A stretch of DNA of 64,000 nucleotides from Trichormus sp. ATA11-4-KO1 (GTDB lineage Bacteria; Cyanobacteriota; Cyanobacteriia; Cyanobacteriales; Nostocaceae), in NCBI GenBank assembly GCA_019358915.1, contig JAHHIM010000055.1, positions 128,001-192,000 on the forward strand, written 5' to 3'. Under the pieces are notes generated by a model. It was not told the origin of the DNA. It saw only the letters and a list, made by a program, of their open reading frames with translations, and did not search any database. Made by a program: the position numbers and the translations under genes. Positions within the stretch are counted from its first letter, which is position 1. Every line of letters starts with the position of its first letter. Of this stretch, positions 53,230 to 64,000 are shown piece after piece.

Positions 53230-55971
53230 ATGGACTTAATTCTTTGCCACACAACTGCTGATTTTGATGCCCTAGGTGCGGCAGTAGGTCTGACTTGCCT
53301 ACTACCGGGAAGTAAGATTGTGCTGAGTGGTGGCGCACATCCGCCTGTCAGAGATTTTTTGGCGTTGCACCGGGATGAGTATCCCCTGATTGAGAGACGT
53401 TCGGTCAATCCCGAAAAGATTCGCTCCCTGAGGATTGTGGATACACAACAGCGCGATCGCTTGGGTAAAGCTGCTGAATGGTTAGATTTACCCAACTTAA
53501 GGGAAATCATAGTTTATGACCATCACTTAGGGCAAGAACTAGATATTCCCGCCACGGAATCTTATATTGAACCAGTGGGAGCCACCACAACTTTAATGGT
53601 GGAGCAATTGCAAAAACAGCAAATTTCCCTCACTCCATCCCAAGCAACGGTGATGGCTTTAGGCATCCACGTTGATACTGGCTCATTAACCTTTGACAGC
53701 GCTACACCACGAGATGCGCTAGCTTTAGCTTGGTTGATGCAACAAAAAGCTAGATCAGCAGTAATTTCCACTTACCTTGACCCCGGTTTATCTCCCCAAT
53801 TACAGCAGTTATTAACTGAAGCACTGGAGAATTTAGCATATTTTTGTTTACGTGGATATACGATTGGTTGGGTAACTTTAAAAACTACTAGTTTTGTACC
53901 AGGATTATCGAGTCTGGCATCACAACTAATTGAATTAACTGAAATTGATGCCTTACTCTTGGCAAATACATATGCCCACGATGAAGATGACTCACGCTTA
54001 ATAGTAATAGGGCGATCGCAAATTCCCGGCGTGAATCTCAATCTATTATTTCAAATGTTCGGCGGTGGTGGTCATTCCCAAGCAGCATCGCTGAGTTTGC
54101 GAGGAGTTGATGCACAGGTAATCTTAAAGCAACTGCAAGATGGTATTAAAGCTGCGATTCCCCATCCACCTAAGGCGAGAGACTTGATGTCCTCCCCAGT
54201 CCGCACTATTCGCCCCGAAACGACAATTGCGGAGGCGCAGCGTATTTTGTTGCGTTATGGACACTCTGGTTTATCCGTAGTTGATTCCCAAGGTCAACTG
54301 GTAGGAATTATTTCGCGGCGAGATATTGATATTGCCCTACACCACGGATTTAGTCATGCGCCAGTCAAGGGCTATATGACTACAAATCTGAAGACAATTA
54401 CACCAGATACCATCCTGCCACAAATCGAAGGGCTGATGGTGACATACGATATTGGGCGTTTACCAGTGTTGGAGAACGAACAACTAGTGGGAATTGTCAC
54501 CCGTACTGATGTGTTACGGGAATTGCATCGAGCCGATGAAGAGGGGAGATGGGGAGATGAAGAGGACAAAGTCAAAATTCAAAATATCTCCTTTAAAGAC
54601 GCTGCACGAACAAAATTTAAAATTAATTTAAGTACTGAATTGCAAAATCGTCTTGCGCCGCAACTTTGGCAATTATTAACCATAGCCTCTCAAGCAGCAG
54701 AAAAACGGGGTTGGCATCTTTATTTAGTGGGGGGTGCAGTGCGAGACTTGCTGTTAGCTGAAGCAGCAACTGGCACATTGATGATTACAGATATTGACCT
54801 TGTAGTTGATGGCTTTCACAAAACAGCAGATGTTGGTGCTGGTGTGGAACTAGCCAAGGCACTCCAGGAAATTTACCCAGCAGCCCGCTTGGAAGTTCAC
54901 GGGGCTTTTCAAACTGCCGCTTTACTATGGCACAAAGATCCAGAATTAGATTCTTTGTGGGTAGATATTGCCACTGCTAGAACAGAATTTTATCCTTACC
55001 CAGCTGCAAATCCCGAAGTTGAGGCGAGTTCAATTCGTCAAGACTTGTATCGTCGAGATTTTACTATCAACGCCCTCGCCCTACGTCTCACCTCCCCTCG
55101 TGCTGGCGAATTACTCGATTTCTTCGGCGGGTTACTGGATTTACAAGCCAAGCAAATCCGAGTTTTACACGCCAACAGCTTTATTGAAGATCCCACTCGT
55201 ATTTATCGCGGTGTGCGGTTTGCTGTGCGCTTTGGATTTCAACTGGAACCGCAAACAGAAGAGTTTATTCGTTATGCCATCAACAGTGGTATTTACGATC
55301 GCACTGCCCAAACCAATTCTAAAACCCCAGCCCTACAAACTCGACTCAAAGCTGAATTAAAATATATTCTCCAAGCCCCCTACTGGAAATCGGCTTTACA
55401 GTTACTCGATCAATTAGGGGCGTTGCAGTGTATCCATTCTACCCTCAAGCTAGATCAGGAACTCCTACGGCAATTACGTTTATTAGAACGCTGTTTACGG
55501 CGATTTGACCCCCAACAAACCCTCATCCATTGGGAAATGCGCCTAGAAACGTTAATTGCTCACTTAGAACCAAAATATCGGGCGAAGGTAGCAAAAAATT
55601 TACACTTACCAGAGGATGCTATTAAACGGTTGAAAAACTTGGCTACAGCCCAAGCTGAGGTGATGGAATCATTACCCCAATGTCAGTTTCCTAGTCAAGT
55701 GGCGCATTTGTTGCAACAGTATGACTTGCCCATGCTGATTTTAATCGCCCTACATAGTCCGCGACTACTCAGGCAAAAGATTTGGCATTACCTCACAGTG
55801 TTGGCTAACGTACAGCCGATTTTAAATGGTAACGACTTAAAACAATTGGGTTATAAACCAAGCCCTCAATATCGGCAAATTTTAGACAATTTACTTGCTG
55901 CTACCCTTGATGGCGTGATTAAAAATAGAGATGAAGCAGAAAAGTTTTTAGCCAAGCATTATCCTCAATAA
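53230..55971 (+). CDS. tRNA nucleotidyltransferase with DHH and CBS domains (A-adding type)
   Basis: DHH and GGGH, two CBS domains, VGGAVRD, DID, RRDFTIN and EDPTRIYR. Confidence 0.9.
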   Translation: MDLILCHTTADFDALGAAVGLTCLLPGSKIVLSGGAHPPVRDFLALHRDEYPLIERRSVNPEKIRSLRIVDTQQRDRLGKAAEWLDLPNLREIIVYDHHLGQELDIPATESYIEPVGATTTLMVEQLQKQQISLTPSQATVMALGIHVDTGSLTFDSATPRDALALAWLMQQKARSAVISTYLDPGLSPQLQQLLTEALENLAYFCLRGYTIGWVTLKTTSFVPGLSSLASQLIELTEIDALLLANTYAHDEDDSRLIVIGRSQIPGVNLNLLFQMFGGGGHSQAASLSLRGVDAQVILKQLQDGIKAAIPHPPKARDLMSSPVRTIRPETTIAEAQRILLRYGHSGLSVVDSQGQLVGIISRRDIDIALHHGFSHAPVKGYMTTNLKTITPDTILPQIEGLMVTYDIGRLPVLENEQLVGIVTRTDVLRELHRADEEGRWGDEEDKVKIQNISFKDAARTKFKINLSTELQNRLAPQLWQLLTIASQAAEKRGWHLYLVGGAVRDLLLAEAATGTLMITDIDLVVDGFHKTADVGAGVELAKALQEIYPAARLEVHGAFQTAALLWHKDPELDSLWVDIATARTEFYPYPAANPEVEASSIRQDLYRRDFTINALALRLTSPRAGELLDFFGGLLDLQAKQIRVLHANSFIEDPTRIYRGVRFAVRFGFQLEPQTEEFIRYAINSGIYDRTAQTNSKTPALQTRLKAELKYILQAPYWKSALQLLDQLGALQCIHSTLKLDQELLRQLRLLERCLRRFDPQQTLIHWEMRLETLIAHLEPKYRAKVAKNLHLPEDAIKRLKNLATAQAEVMESLPQCQFPSQVAHLLQQYDLPMLILIALHSPRLLRQKIWHYLTVLANVQPILNGNDLKQLGYKPSPQYRQILDNLLAATLDGVIKNRDEAEKFLAKHYPQ

Positions 55972-55996
55972 ATTAGATTTCACAGAGGTAAGTTTT

Positions 55997-56113
55997 ATGC
56001 AAATACAAACACCAAAACGCTATTACAAAACACAAGAGGCAGTATTATTACTACAAACATTAGATTTTCAAATTGCCCTCAGAGATATTTATGAAGGGAT
56101 AAATTTTGAATGA
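55997..56113 (+). pseudogene. Internally deleted Uma2-family gene
   Basis: MQIQTPKRYY (Uma2-like N-terminus) joined to ...LQTLDFQIALRDIYEGINFE* (Uma2-like C-terminus), preceded by GAGGT. Confidence 0.6.
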
Positions 56114-56259
56114 AAATAAGATTAACTTTCATCATCAAGAATCAACATAATTCGTATTTACGGTGTGCGATCGCCTGATTTTAGGGTAAGGGTAGATAAA
56201 CTATTCTGCATTGATATTCATCATCTTCTAGTGCTAAAGCAACTATTATTAATTCTTCA

Positions 56260-56907
56260 TCACTTTAAAGGATTACGAATATATCCCCACTTACCACCAG
56301 TATTTACTCCTATTAAACCTTCATGAGAGAATCTGTGACAATCATCAAATTGAGGTCTAATGACAAACTGACCAGTTTTATTAATATAGCCCCATCTTTT
56401 GCGCCATCTTTTGCCTAGAGAAACTTTTGCTACTCCTTCATGGAATTCATGTGCATCATCGAATTTTAACGGAATAACTACTTTACCAGTTTTGTTAATA
56501 TAGCCAAATTTATCACTAATTTTGATCGGTGCTAGCCCTTCTTTGAATTCATAAGCAGCATCAAATTGGGGTGGGATGACCACTTTTCCGCTTTTATCTA
56601 TGTAGCCATACTTATCACCAATTTTGACTGATGCCAAATCTTCAAAGTGATAGGCATTATCAAATTGAGGCTGAATAACTATTCGACCAGTTTTGTTAAT
56701 ATAGCCATACTTGCCATCAACCTTGACAGATGCTAGTTCTTCACTAAAGATGCCAACATCATCAAATTTTGGAGGTATTACAAAGATAGCATTGACGGCA
56801 AAGTAAACACTGATAACGATATAAATTACTGCAAATAATAAACCACCTCCTAGCCCTAAACCAACTAGCAAGGCGTTTAACCGTGATTTATTAAGTTTAG
56901 ATTCCAT
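56260..56907 (-). CDS. Membrane-anchored WG-repeat protein
   Basis: Repeats K(Y/F/W)GYI(N/D)K.G..VI.P.FD and an N-terminal TM helix. Confidence 0.88.
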   Translation of the reverse strand: MESKLNKSRLNALLVGLGLGGGLLFAVIYIVISVYFAVNAIFVIPPKFDDVGIFSEELASVKVDGKYGYINKTGRIVIQPQFDNAYHFEDLASVKIGDKYGYIDKSGKVVIPPQFDAAYEFKEGLAPIKISDKFGYINKTGKVVIPLKFDDAHEFHEGVAKVSLGKRWRKRWGYINKTGQFVIRPQFDDCHRFSHEGLIGVNTGGKWGYIRNPLK

Positions 56908-56991
56908 AAGTTTAAACTATCCAAATATGAGTAAAACGAATTTCTTGGTCTTTTTTTAGCTCAAAGGTCCGAAAAAAATCTATTTACACCT

Positions 56992-59037
56992 TTACGGTTT
57001 AATTAATAATTCCTCAGTTTGACGATATTTAGCAATTAATCTGCGTTGCTTGATTTGTGGATAAAACAGCATATAAAACACGGGTAATCCAGTTCCTGAC
57101 AGGGTTAAAAAAATCAATGGGTTGAGCAAGCCTACTATTAAAGCAACACCTGTACTAGCCCCAAGTCCTGCTATCAATAGTAAAAGTACTGATGTGAATA
57201 AATCTTCCTTGGCTAAATTTATTATTACCCAACCCAGTAATTCGTACACAGCCAAAAATACAGCCCATCCCACAGCCAAAGCCCCTAAAGCCCCTAACCC
57301 AGCCAATCCCGCAGCCGATCCTCCAGCCCCTACCACAGCCAATCCCACAGCCGATCCCACAGCCCCTACCACAGCCAATCCCACAGCCGATCCTCCAGCC
57401 CATCTTACAACTTCCACAGGCACTCCCGGTATCACACCCCATCCCACAGGAAATTCCACAGCCCCTACCACAGCCACTGCCACAGCCAAAAATACAGCCC
57501 CTACCACAGGCACTCCCGCAGCCACTGCCATAGCCAAAAATACAGCCACTGCCACAGCATTAGCTATTACATTACTTACAGCCGCAGCTACATATTCTGA
57601 ATTTGGAATATCCACGCGGAATTGATAATTCTTGCGGAATTGATAATTCTTAGCAATACGACGACTCTGTATGATCACATTCACAATCAAGACAAAACCC
57701 CATATGCAAAAATTAAGCAAAACAGCGTCATATCCCACCGTCGCTAACAACCAATTAGCAACACCAGCCGCAGCATAAACCTTAAACCAAGCAGTAGCCA
57801 TAGCTACCATCCCAGCTATTAAGCACAGCCAAGTTAAACCTGCATACGGTATCTTTCTCTTCTCAACAGGTATGGGAGCCGTCTGTACTTTCACCATTAC
57901 AGTATGAGTTGTAGGATAAGCATTACTGTGCAGTATGAGTTGACGTTTATACTCCTGATCTGCCATCAACTTGCTAGTATCTACGCAAATGCGACAATTG
58001 ACTGGTTTTTGGGTACATCTGATAGGTTCTTCTACAGAAATCCACGCATGGGAATCTGGTGTATGGGGTGGATCTTGAGGATGAGGTGCAATTTCCCATC
58101 TACCTTGTAAAATTGTTTCCGGTATGGGGTTTTCAACTGTGATGATTTGCGTCAATTTTTCTCCCAAACGAGTTGCTTTAAACTCCAGGACTGATGCACT
58201 CAACTCAACTGCTGGTTCACGAATAACATGAATTGGTTGCAGTACTGCTAAAGCTGCTTTTGCATCTGGAAAGCGATCACTCTGTCGGGGTTGTACCATT
58301 TTCTCTAGCCAGCTGATAAAGCTCAGACTAAGACGAGGTAGGCGATTTTGAAACTGAATCTGATATGGGTTATTGCGATCGCACAGTTGCCTGATTTCTG
58401 TTGACTTAATTCCTGTCAACAAGCAAATCAAAGTTGTACCTAAAGCATACAAGTCTGTAGCCTTTGTCGGTTCAAACATCTGCTCTGGCGGAATAAAACC
58501 CGGAGTACCTTTGAATACACTACTCCCTGCTACTTCCTCACTGCCAATCCGAGCAAAACCAAAGTCAATTAAATAAACTTTGAGTTCTTCATCTACTAAA
58601 ATATTTTCCGGTTTGATATCTCGATGAATTACGGCAGGATTAAGACTTTGCAGATATACAAGAATTTCTAGAGCGTTGATAGCAATTTGTTTAATCTCTT
58701 CTGGTGCAAAGCTACGGGTTTGTGCTATGGATGGAGCGTTGATATATTCTTGAACCAGACAAAAGCCATCAGATGTTGCAAAGGAACTCAGGTAATGGGG
58801 AATACCAGGATGATTTAATTCTTGTAATACCTCAATTTCCCGGTGATGAGCCTGAAAACCAGACCAATTGGACGCGGCTTGAGCAAAGCAAAACTGTTTT
58901 AATACCACTTCCCTGTGATCAACATTGGCAGCTAACCAAGTAATCCTCCCTCCTTCGCGATTGCGCCCCAATTCTCGCAAAACCTGATAGCCGTGTTCGC
59001 TAAAATCTGGATACGGATAGCTATTCATAAAGGGCAA
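56992..59037 (-). CDS. Hanks-type Ser/Thr kinase with Gly/Ala/Val-rich membrane C-terminus
   Basis: VVLKQ, HRDIKPEN, DFG, PPE and DLYALG. Confidence 0.92.
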   Translation of the reverse strand: MPFMNSYPYPDFSEHGYQVLRELGRNREGGRITWLAANVDHREVVLKQFCFAQAASNWSGFQAHHREIEVLQELNHPGIPHYLSSFATSDGFCLVQEYINAPSIAQTRSFAPEEIKQIAINALEILVYLQSLNPAVIHRDIKPENILVDEELKVYLIDFGFARIGSEEVAGSSVFKGTPGFIPPEQMFEPTKATDLYALGTTLICLLTGIKSTEIRQLCDRNNPYQIQFQNRLPRLSLSFISWLEKMVQPRQSDRFPDAKAALAVLQPIHVIREPAVELSASVLEFKATRLGEKLTQIITVENPIPETILQGRWEIAPHPQDPPHTPDSHAWISVEEPIRCTQKPVNCRICVDTSKLMADQEYKRQLILHSNAYPTTHTVMVKVQTAPIPVEKRKIPYAGLTWLCLIAGMVAMATAWFKVYAAAGVANWLLATVGYDAVLLNFCIWGFVLIVNVIIQSRRIAKNYQFRKNYQFRVDIPNSEYVAAAVSNVIANAVAVAVFLAMAVAAGVPVVGAVFLAVAVAVVGAVEFPVGWGVIPGVPVEVVRWAGGSAVGLAVVGAVGSAVGLAVVGAGGSAAGLAGLGALGALAVGWAVFLAVYELLGWVIINLAKEDLFTSVLLLLIAGLGASTGVALIVGLLNPLIFLTLSGTGLPVFYMLFYPQIKQRRLIAKYRQTEELLIKP

Positions 59038-59296
59038 CTAGTTATGATATGCCGAGTTTGCCGTGTACTACGCAGATATACATAGACTAACAAGGACTAT
59101 TTAATTAATCAATGTTTTTCACAATAGTTATTTAAGTGTTTCTAACGAAAAATGGGGTGTGGGAAAATAGAAGAGGCTGGCTTTGCTGTTGTCAGCATCA
59201 AGTCATCTCTAACTTCAAATTTATAGCTCCCCAGCAGAAGCCGCAAAGCAGACAGGCAAGTTATAATTCTTTTGCGGAGCAACGTAACAAAAATTT

Positions 59297-59623
59297 ATGA
59301 GTAACCCCCTAGTACAAGCCTTTTTCGTCGGTAGAGCCGTAGCTGAAGTGATTAATGAGCGGCTAGAGGTCGCCTTGACCGATGCTTTAAGTGATTTGGG
59401 CAAATTTGATGCTGAAGCGAGAGAACAACTGCGCCAGTTTACAGAAGAAGTCCTAGAACGAGCAAATCGGGCGGCAGAAGCTGCTAATGCTGGACAAACT
59501 AGCACAGGCTTTGGGCAACCTGGTAGTGATGCAGTTGACTTGCAAGCAACAATTGATGAACTGCGAGCAGAAATTGCCCTACTGCGAAATGAATTGCAAC
59601 GCTATCGCAGCAGTTCTGTATAA
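59297..59623 (+). CDS. Conserved cyanobacterial coiled-coil protein
   Basis: AFFVGRA...DLQATIDELRAEIA; lies upstream of the ABC1 kinase. Confidence 0.8.
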   Translation: MSNPLVQAFFVGRAVAEVINERLEVALTDALSDLGKFDAEAREQLRQFTEEVLERANRAAEAANAGQTSTGFGQPGSDAVDLQATIDELRAEIALLRNELQRYRSSSV

Positions 59624-59653
59624 ATTTAGTCTTTAGTCATGCTCACATGACAC

Positions 59654-61417
59654 TTGCTCGTAAATAGTTCAGGAACTGAAGTGTCTTTTCTTCCAGGTGA
59701 TTCGGTTACAAACCAACGGTACACAGAAAATATGGAAACAGCTTATTCAGATCAGGCATACCGTTGGAATCGTGAAAACTACTCTAGTAGACGGCGCTTT
59801 GTGGACATTTGGTCTTTTGTCTTGACCTTAATGTTCAAGCTTTGGCGTTACAACAAATCTTGGAGTTATTCTGGCGGTGTCACTGAAGCCAAGCAAGCTG
59901 CAAGACGCAAAGCTCAAGCAGTCTGGATTCGTAATACCCTGCTGGACTTGGGGCCAACCTTTATCAAAGTCGGGCAGTTGTTTTCTACCCGTGCTGATAT
60001 ATTCCCTGGTGAATATGTCGAAGAGTTGGCAAAGTTACAAGATAAAGTTCCTGCCTTTGGCTATGAGCAAGTAGAAACAACGATTGAAAAAGAATTAGGC
60101 AAGAAAATTCCCGAACTATTCCAGAATTTTGAGCCTATTCCTCTGGCGGCGGCAAGTTTGGGGCAAGTACACAAAGCTGTACTCCACACTGGGGAATCAG
60201 TGGTTGTGAAAGTACAGCGTCCTGGACTGAAAAAACTATTTGAAATCGATTTACAGATTCTCAAAGGAATTACCCGCTACTTTCAAAACCATCCCAAATG
60301 GGGACGAGGGCGAGATTGGATCGGGATTTACGAAGAGTGTTGCCGCATTCTTTGGGAAGAAATTGATTATCTCAACGAAGGTCGTAACGCTGATACTTTT
60401 CGCCGTAACTTTCGCGGCTACGAATGGGTAAAAGTTCCTAGAGTTTATTGGCGTTACGCTTCACCTAGAGTGTTGACTTTGGAATATCTGCCGGGGATTA
60501 AAATTAGCCAATATGAAGCTTTAGAAGCAGCCGGCTTGGATCGTAAGGTAATAGCACGTCAAGGCGCTCAAGCTTACCTATTACAGTTGCTAAATGATGG
60601 GTTTTTCCACGCCGATCCCCACCCAGGTAATATTGCGGTGAGTCCCAATGGTGATTTAATCTTCTACGACTTCGGCATGATGGGGCGGATTAAGTCGAAT
60701 GTGCGTGAAGGATTGATGGAAACACTGTTTGGTATTGCCCAAAAAGATGGCGATCGCGTGGTGCAATCTCTGATCGATTTAGGCGCGATCGCACCTACAG
60801 ATGATATGGGACCTGTGCGGCGTTCTGTCCAGTATATGCTGGACAATTTCATGGATAAGCCCTTTGAAAATCAATCCGTGGCCGCAATCAGTGACGACCT
60901 TTACGAAATAGCTTATAATCAGCCATTTAGATTTCCCGCAACCTTTACTTTTGTGATGCGTGCCTTTTCTACTCTAGAGGGGGTAGGCAAGGGTTTAGAT
61001 CCAGAATTTAACTTTATGGAAGTTGCCCAACCGTATGCAATGCAACTGATAACAAATATGAATGGTTCTGATAATAATAGCTTCCTCAATGAATTAAGCC
61101 GCCAAGCAGTTCAAGTAAGCACAACTGCATTTGGACTACCCCGGAGATTAGAAGACACACTAGAAAAATTGGAACGCGGAGACATGCGCGTGCGTGTCCG
61201 CTCCATAGAAACAGAGCGCCTGCTACGACGACAAAGCAATATCCAGCTAGGCACCAGCTACGCCCTGATAATCAGTGGATTTACCATTTCAGCCACCATT
61301 TTATTGGTTCATGATTATGAATGGCTGGCCTTGCTGGCTGGTTTAATCGCCGCAGCCGTTGCAGTGATTCTGATCCGATTGCTTTCGCGCCTCGACCGTT
61401 ATGACCGTATGTATTAA
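59654..61417 (+). CDS. AarF/ABC1/UbiB atypical kinase
   Basis: LGPTFIKVGQ, AASLGQVH, VKVQRP, HADPHPGN and DFGM. Start position uncertain. Confidence 0.93.
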   Translation: MLVNSSGTEVSFLPGDSVTNQRYTENMETAYSDQAYRWNRENYSSRRRFVDIWSFVLTLMFKLWRYNKSWSYSGGVTEAKQAARRKAQAVWIRNTLLDLGPTFIKVGQLFSTRADIFPGEYVEELAKLQDKVPAFGYEQVETTIEKELGKKIPELFQNFEPIPLAAASLGQVHKAVLHTGESVVVKVQRPGLKKLFEIDLQILKGITRYFQNHPKWGRGRDWIGIYEECCRILWEEIDYLNEGRNADTFRRNFRGYEWVKVPRVYWRYASPRVLTLEYLPGIKISQYEALEAAGLDRKVIARQGAQAYLLQLLNDGFFHADPHPGNIAVSPNGDLIFYDFGMMGRIKSNVREGLMETLFGIAQKDGDRVVQSLIDLGAIAPTDDMGPVRRSVQYMLDNFMDKPFENQSVAAISDDLYEIAYNQPFRFPATFTFVMRAFSTLEGVGKGLDPEFNFMEVAQPYAMQLITNMNGSDNNSFLNELSRQAVQVSTTAFGLPRRLEDTLEKLERGDMRVRVRSIETERLLRRQSNIQLGTSYALIISGFTISATILLVHDYEWLALLAGLIAAAVAVILIRLLSRLDRYDRMY

Positions 61418-61435
61418 TTGTTGTACTAGAAAATT

Positions 61436-62176
61436 ATGAAACTTAACTTCACGGGTTTTAGTGATCCGGGACTTATTCGTACTAGTAACCAGGATGCTCA
61501 CTATATCGATCCTGAAGGGCGATTTTTCATCGTTGCTGATGGTATGGGTGGTCATGCAGGGGGTGAGGAAGCGAGTCGGATTGCTACACGGGAAATTCAA
61601 GAATTTTTGGTGTCTAACTGGGATACTGCTGAACCTACGGCAAAATTGCTGGAAAATGCCTTGTGGCAAGCAAATAAAGTAATTTTACAGGATCAGCAGC
61701 AGCATCCTGAACGTGCTGACATGGGCACAACCATTGTCGTAGTCATTTTTCGCTCACCAGATTCGCCTTGGTGCGCTCATGTTGGTGACTCCAGGTTGTA
61801 CCGCTTTCGGGAGTCGCAATTAGCACAAGTTACAGAAGACCATACTTGGGTAGCAAGGGCAATCAAGGTTGGTGATATCACCCCAGATGAAGCAAGAACT
61901 CACCCCTTCCGCCATGTATTATCTCGTTGCTTAGGACGGGAAGACTTACATCAAGTTGATGTGCAACCTCTAGATGTCAAAGCAGGCGATCGCCTGCTTC
62001 TATGCAGTGATGGTTTGACGGAAGAACTTGCTCATCAAAATATTGCTGATTGCCTCCGCAACTTCCCCATACTAGAAAAAGCTTCCCTCTCTCTGATTGA
62101 AGCTGCCAAAGAGCAGGGTGGGCACGATAATATCACAGTCATCATGGTCTCGGTTGAGGAAAATGCTCCAGAATAG
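61436..62176 (+). CDS. pphA: PP2C/PPM Ser/Thr phosphatase (PphA/PrpS-like)
   Basis: NQD, ADGMGG, GTT, VGDSR, CSDGL and DN; located next to the ABC1 kinase. Confidence 0.82.
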   Translation: MKLNFTGFSDPGLIRTSNQDAHYIDPEGRFFIVADGMGGHAGGEEASRIATREIQEFLVSNWDTAEPTAKLLENALWQANKVILQDQQQHPERADMGTTIVVVIFRSPDSPWCAHVGDSRLYRFRESQLAQVTEDHTWVARAIKVGDITPDEARTHPFRHVLSRCLGREDLHQVDVQPLDVKAGDRLLLCSDGLTEELAHQNIADCLRNFPILEKASLSLIEAAKEQGGHDNITVIMVSVEENAPE

Positions 62177-62845
62177 TTGTTAGCCATTGACCAGCGCCCT
62201 AGAATCAAGAACTAACAACGAGCAACTGAAGAAATAAATATTGTTTTTGGTAAATATACTCAGCAATTTGTTCAACCTGAGCATTTTTCATCTTTACAAC
62301 TTGATACAAATACTTTTAGCCTCCAAATTTACCCATTGGCGGCTGAGTTTACACAATTTGGTAAATTGACATCTTGCACCTAATGATATAAAGCGAATAT
62401 AATTCACGCTTAATACCTTTTATTCTCTCATCACTCTATTAAGCATCTCCTTACAGGAAATGTGGACATGAGTCGGGGAGAATTGAGGCTATTCCCACCT
62501 GACTTGAAAAAGTGCTGAGTGCTAAGTAAAAAAACAACTAGTCTTTAGCTCCTGCTGCTTTTTCATTCGCTCTAGTGTAAGTAGTTTATGGCCGCAGTAA
62601 TTTATAACCAGGCGAATTTGACCGAAATGTAACTCGGCAGTCCTAGGTTATACATCTGTTGGTTGAGGTGCAATATATCAAAACAGAAATTTTACCCATA
62701 AGGATGTGGGCAATTCGTCAAACAATTGTTATCTTTCTTAATACAGAGGTACAAATGTATGAGGGTTACTAGCCTACTTATTATACCTTTGGGACTTCTG
62801 TAGTCGATAGTATATTTTACGCGTTGTTTTTCTCGGAGTTTATTT

Positions 62846-63043
62846 ATGAGTCAACCCATCGAACTTTCTTTGGAACAGCAATTTAGCATCCGCTCCTTTG
62901 CTACCCAAGTACAGCACATGAGCCATGATCAAGCTAAAGACTTTTTAGTCAAGCTTTATGAGCAAATGATGGTGCGGGAGGCAACTTATCAGGAGTTACT
63001 GAAGCATCAGTGGGGCTTAGATTCTGGTTCCACTATGGCATAG
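62846..63043 (+). CDS. nblA: Phycobilisome degradation protein
   Basis: LSLEQQFSIRSF...QMM...LKHQWG. Confidence 0.95.
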   Translation: MSQPIELSLEQQFSIRSFATQVQHMSHDQAKDFLVKLYEQMMVREATYQELLKHQWGLDSGSTMA

Positions 63044-63494
63044 AAGTTTGTGTCGCAGTGGGCGACCTCCTTCTCTTGCTTAGTTCCAGGGAGGAAAGGA
63101 GCTGGGGATGCTGGGGCGTCAACTCAAATAAGCACTTAAAAACTAATAATTGAGAATCCAAACCTTGATTCAGCAAGCTTTGAGGCTGCATATGTGCTTT
63201 CCAATCTACTGTAGCTTTGGGGTTATATAAAAATTAGGCTTGGGTAAATTTAATTTACGCTTTGCTTATCTAAAGAATTGCATCTATGTATACTTAAAAT
63301 TTTGCTGTAATACATACAGCTTTATTTTGCATACATTTTAGTAGATGCAGCTTTATAACTGTCATTGATGCTCATTATATTTTCTATAAATAAAGCTTAC
63401 AACTAGATATATATTTTTCTTAACAAAGATTTACATTCTTAAAAAAGTACTATTTCTGATATAGAAGTTACATATAGCTTCTGAAATTTTGCCT

Positions 63495-63618
63495 TAAGTA
63501 GGGCGGTGTAAATAAAGCTCACTCGTGAAGGTCGTCATTAGTCATTGCTCATTGGTAAGGGTTTCAGGTATATTTACACTTTGTCACATAGTTATGTTTA
63601 TTCGTGCCCACCTACTTA
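63495..63618. mobile_element. MITE of the TAAGTAGG family
   Basis: TIRs TAAGTAGGGCGG / CCCACCTACTTA; the right end overlaps the stop codon of the last ORF. Confidence 0.75.
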
Positions 63619-63999
63619 TCCAGAAAGATTGAAAGCAGAATCTGTCACAATTGCTGCCAACTTTGCCAGAATTTGGGGCTTAATCTTTTCATACTCGCTT
63701 TTGAGTAAACTTTTACTAAGCTGAGGATCGGCAGATGACACCAAGGTTTTGCTCATTGCTACCCATTGTTGCAGTCTTTGGGGTTGGGCTGGGTCGATCT
63801 GAGAAATTAGAGTATGAAAACAGTGATCTGGTACTTCCCTGGCAAATAATAACAGATGGTAGGAACCCATCTGTGCCAATAAACAAGTGATTTCTTGACC
63901 AAGACTAGTTTTGAGATCAAGGTAGTAAGGTAAACATTTAGCGCCATGTTTGCGGTTGTAGATGACAGTAATCCACAACAACATGGGGTGGGGAGCCAT
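63616..63999 (-). CDS. C-terminal part of a larger protein, possibly an SpkA-like Ser/Thr kinase (5' end outside window)
   Basis: PHPMLLWIT...LPYYLDLK...SK..LK.E.EK.K resembles a cyanobacterial kinase C-terminal domain, recalled from memory. Confidence 0.5.
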   Translation of the reverse strand: MAPHPMLLWITVIYNRKHGAKCLPYYLDLKTSLGQEITCLLAQMGSYHLLLFAREVPDHCFHTLISQIDPAQPQRLQQWVAMSKTLVSSADPQLSKSLLKSEYEKIKPQILAKLAAIVTDSAFNLSG

Positions 64000-64000
64000 G

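Noticed and set aside
57122..57625. Pro/Thr/Ala-rich plus-strand ORF and Gly/Cys-rich alternative frame
   Set aside because: Shadows of the low-complexity kinase C-terminus.
62180..62845. NtcA box or sRNA upstream of nblA
   Set aside because: The long leader is plausible regulatory DNA, but no clean GTA-N8-TAC site or defined RNA structure was identified by eye.

Overview
Chromosomal window from a filamentous, probably heterocyst-forming cyanobacterium (Nostocales-like): dense HIP1 GCGATCGC sites, heptamer STRR arrays, psbZ, nblA and desC-desA-desB. Positions 1-3968 are the right end of a myovirus-type prophage: Gly-rich tail fibre, tail chaperone, holin-like protein, baseplate J and tyrosine integrase, ending at a duplicated 3' half of tRNA-Ala(CGC). 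By manual scan the prophage DNA contains no AATT, GGCC or GGNCC. The rest is mostly core genome with TA modules, many MITE-like elements and pseudogene scars. Best leads: (1) an E1/ThiF enzyme coupled to an unknown protein with an E2-like GICL motif, a candidate ubiquitin-like conjugation module; (2) a tandem invertase paralog whose catalytic Asp is replaced by Tyr; (3) a PspA/ESCRT-III-like protein with a glycine-zipper insert in a decaying lipoprotein/J-domain operon; (4) a cluster of secreted Ala-rich repeat proteins interrupted by nested mini-elements; (5) a tandem-cysteine phytochrome cluster. All family assignments come from motif recognition by eye; no searches were run.
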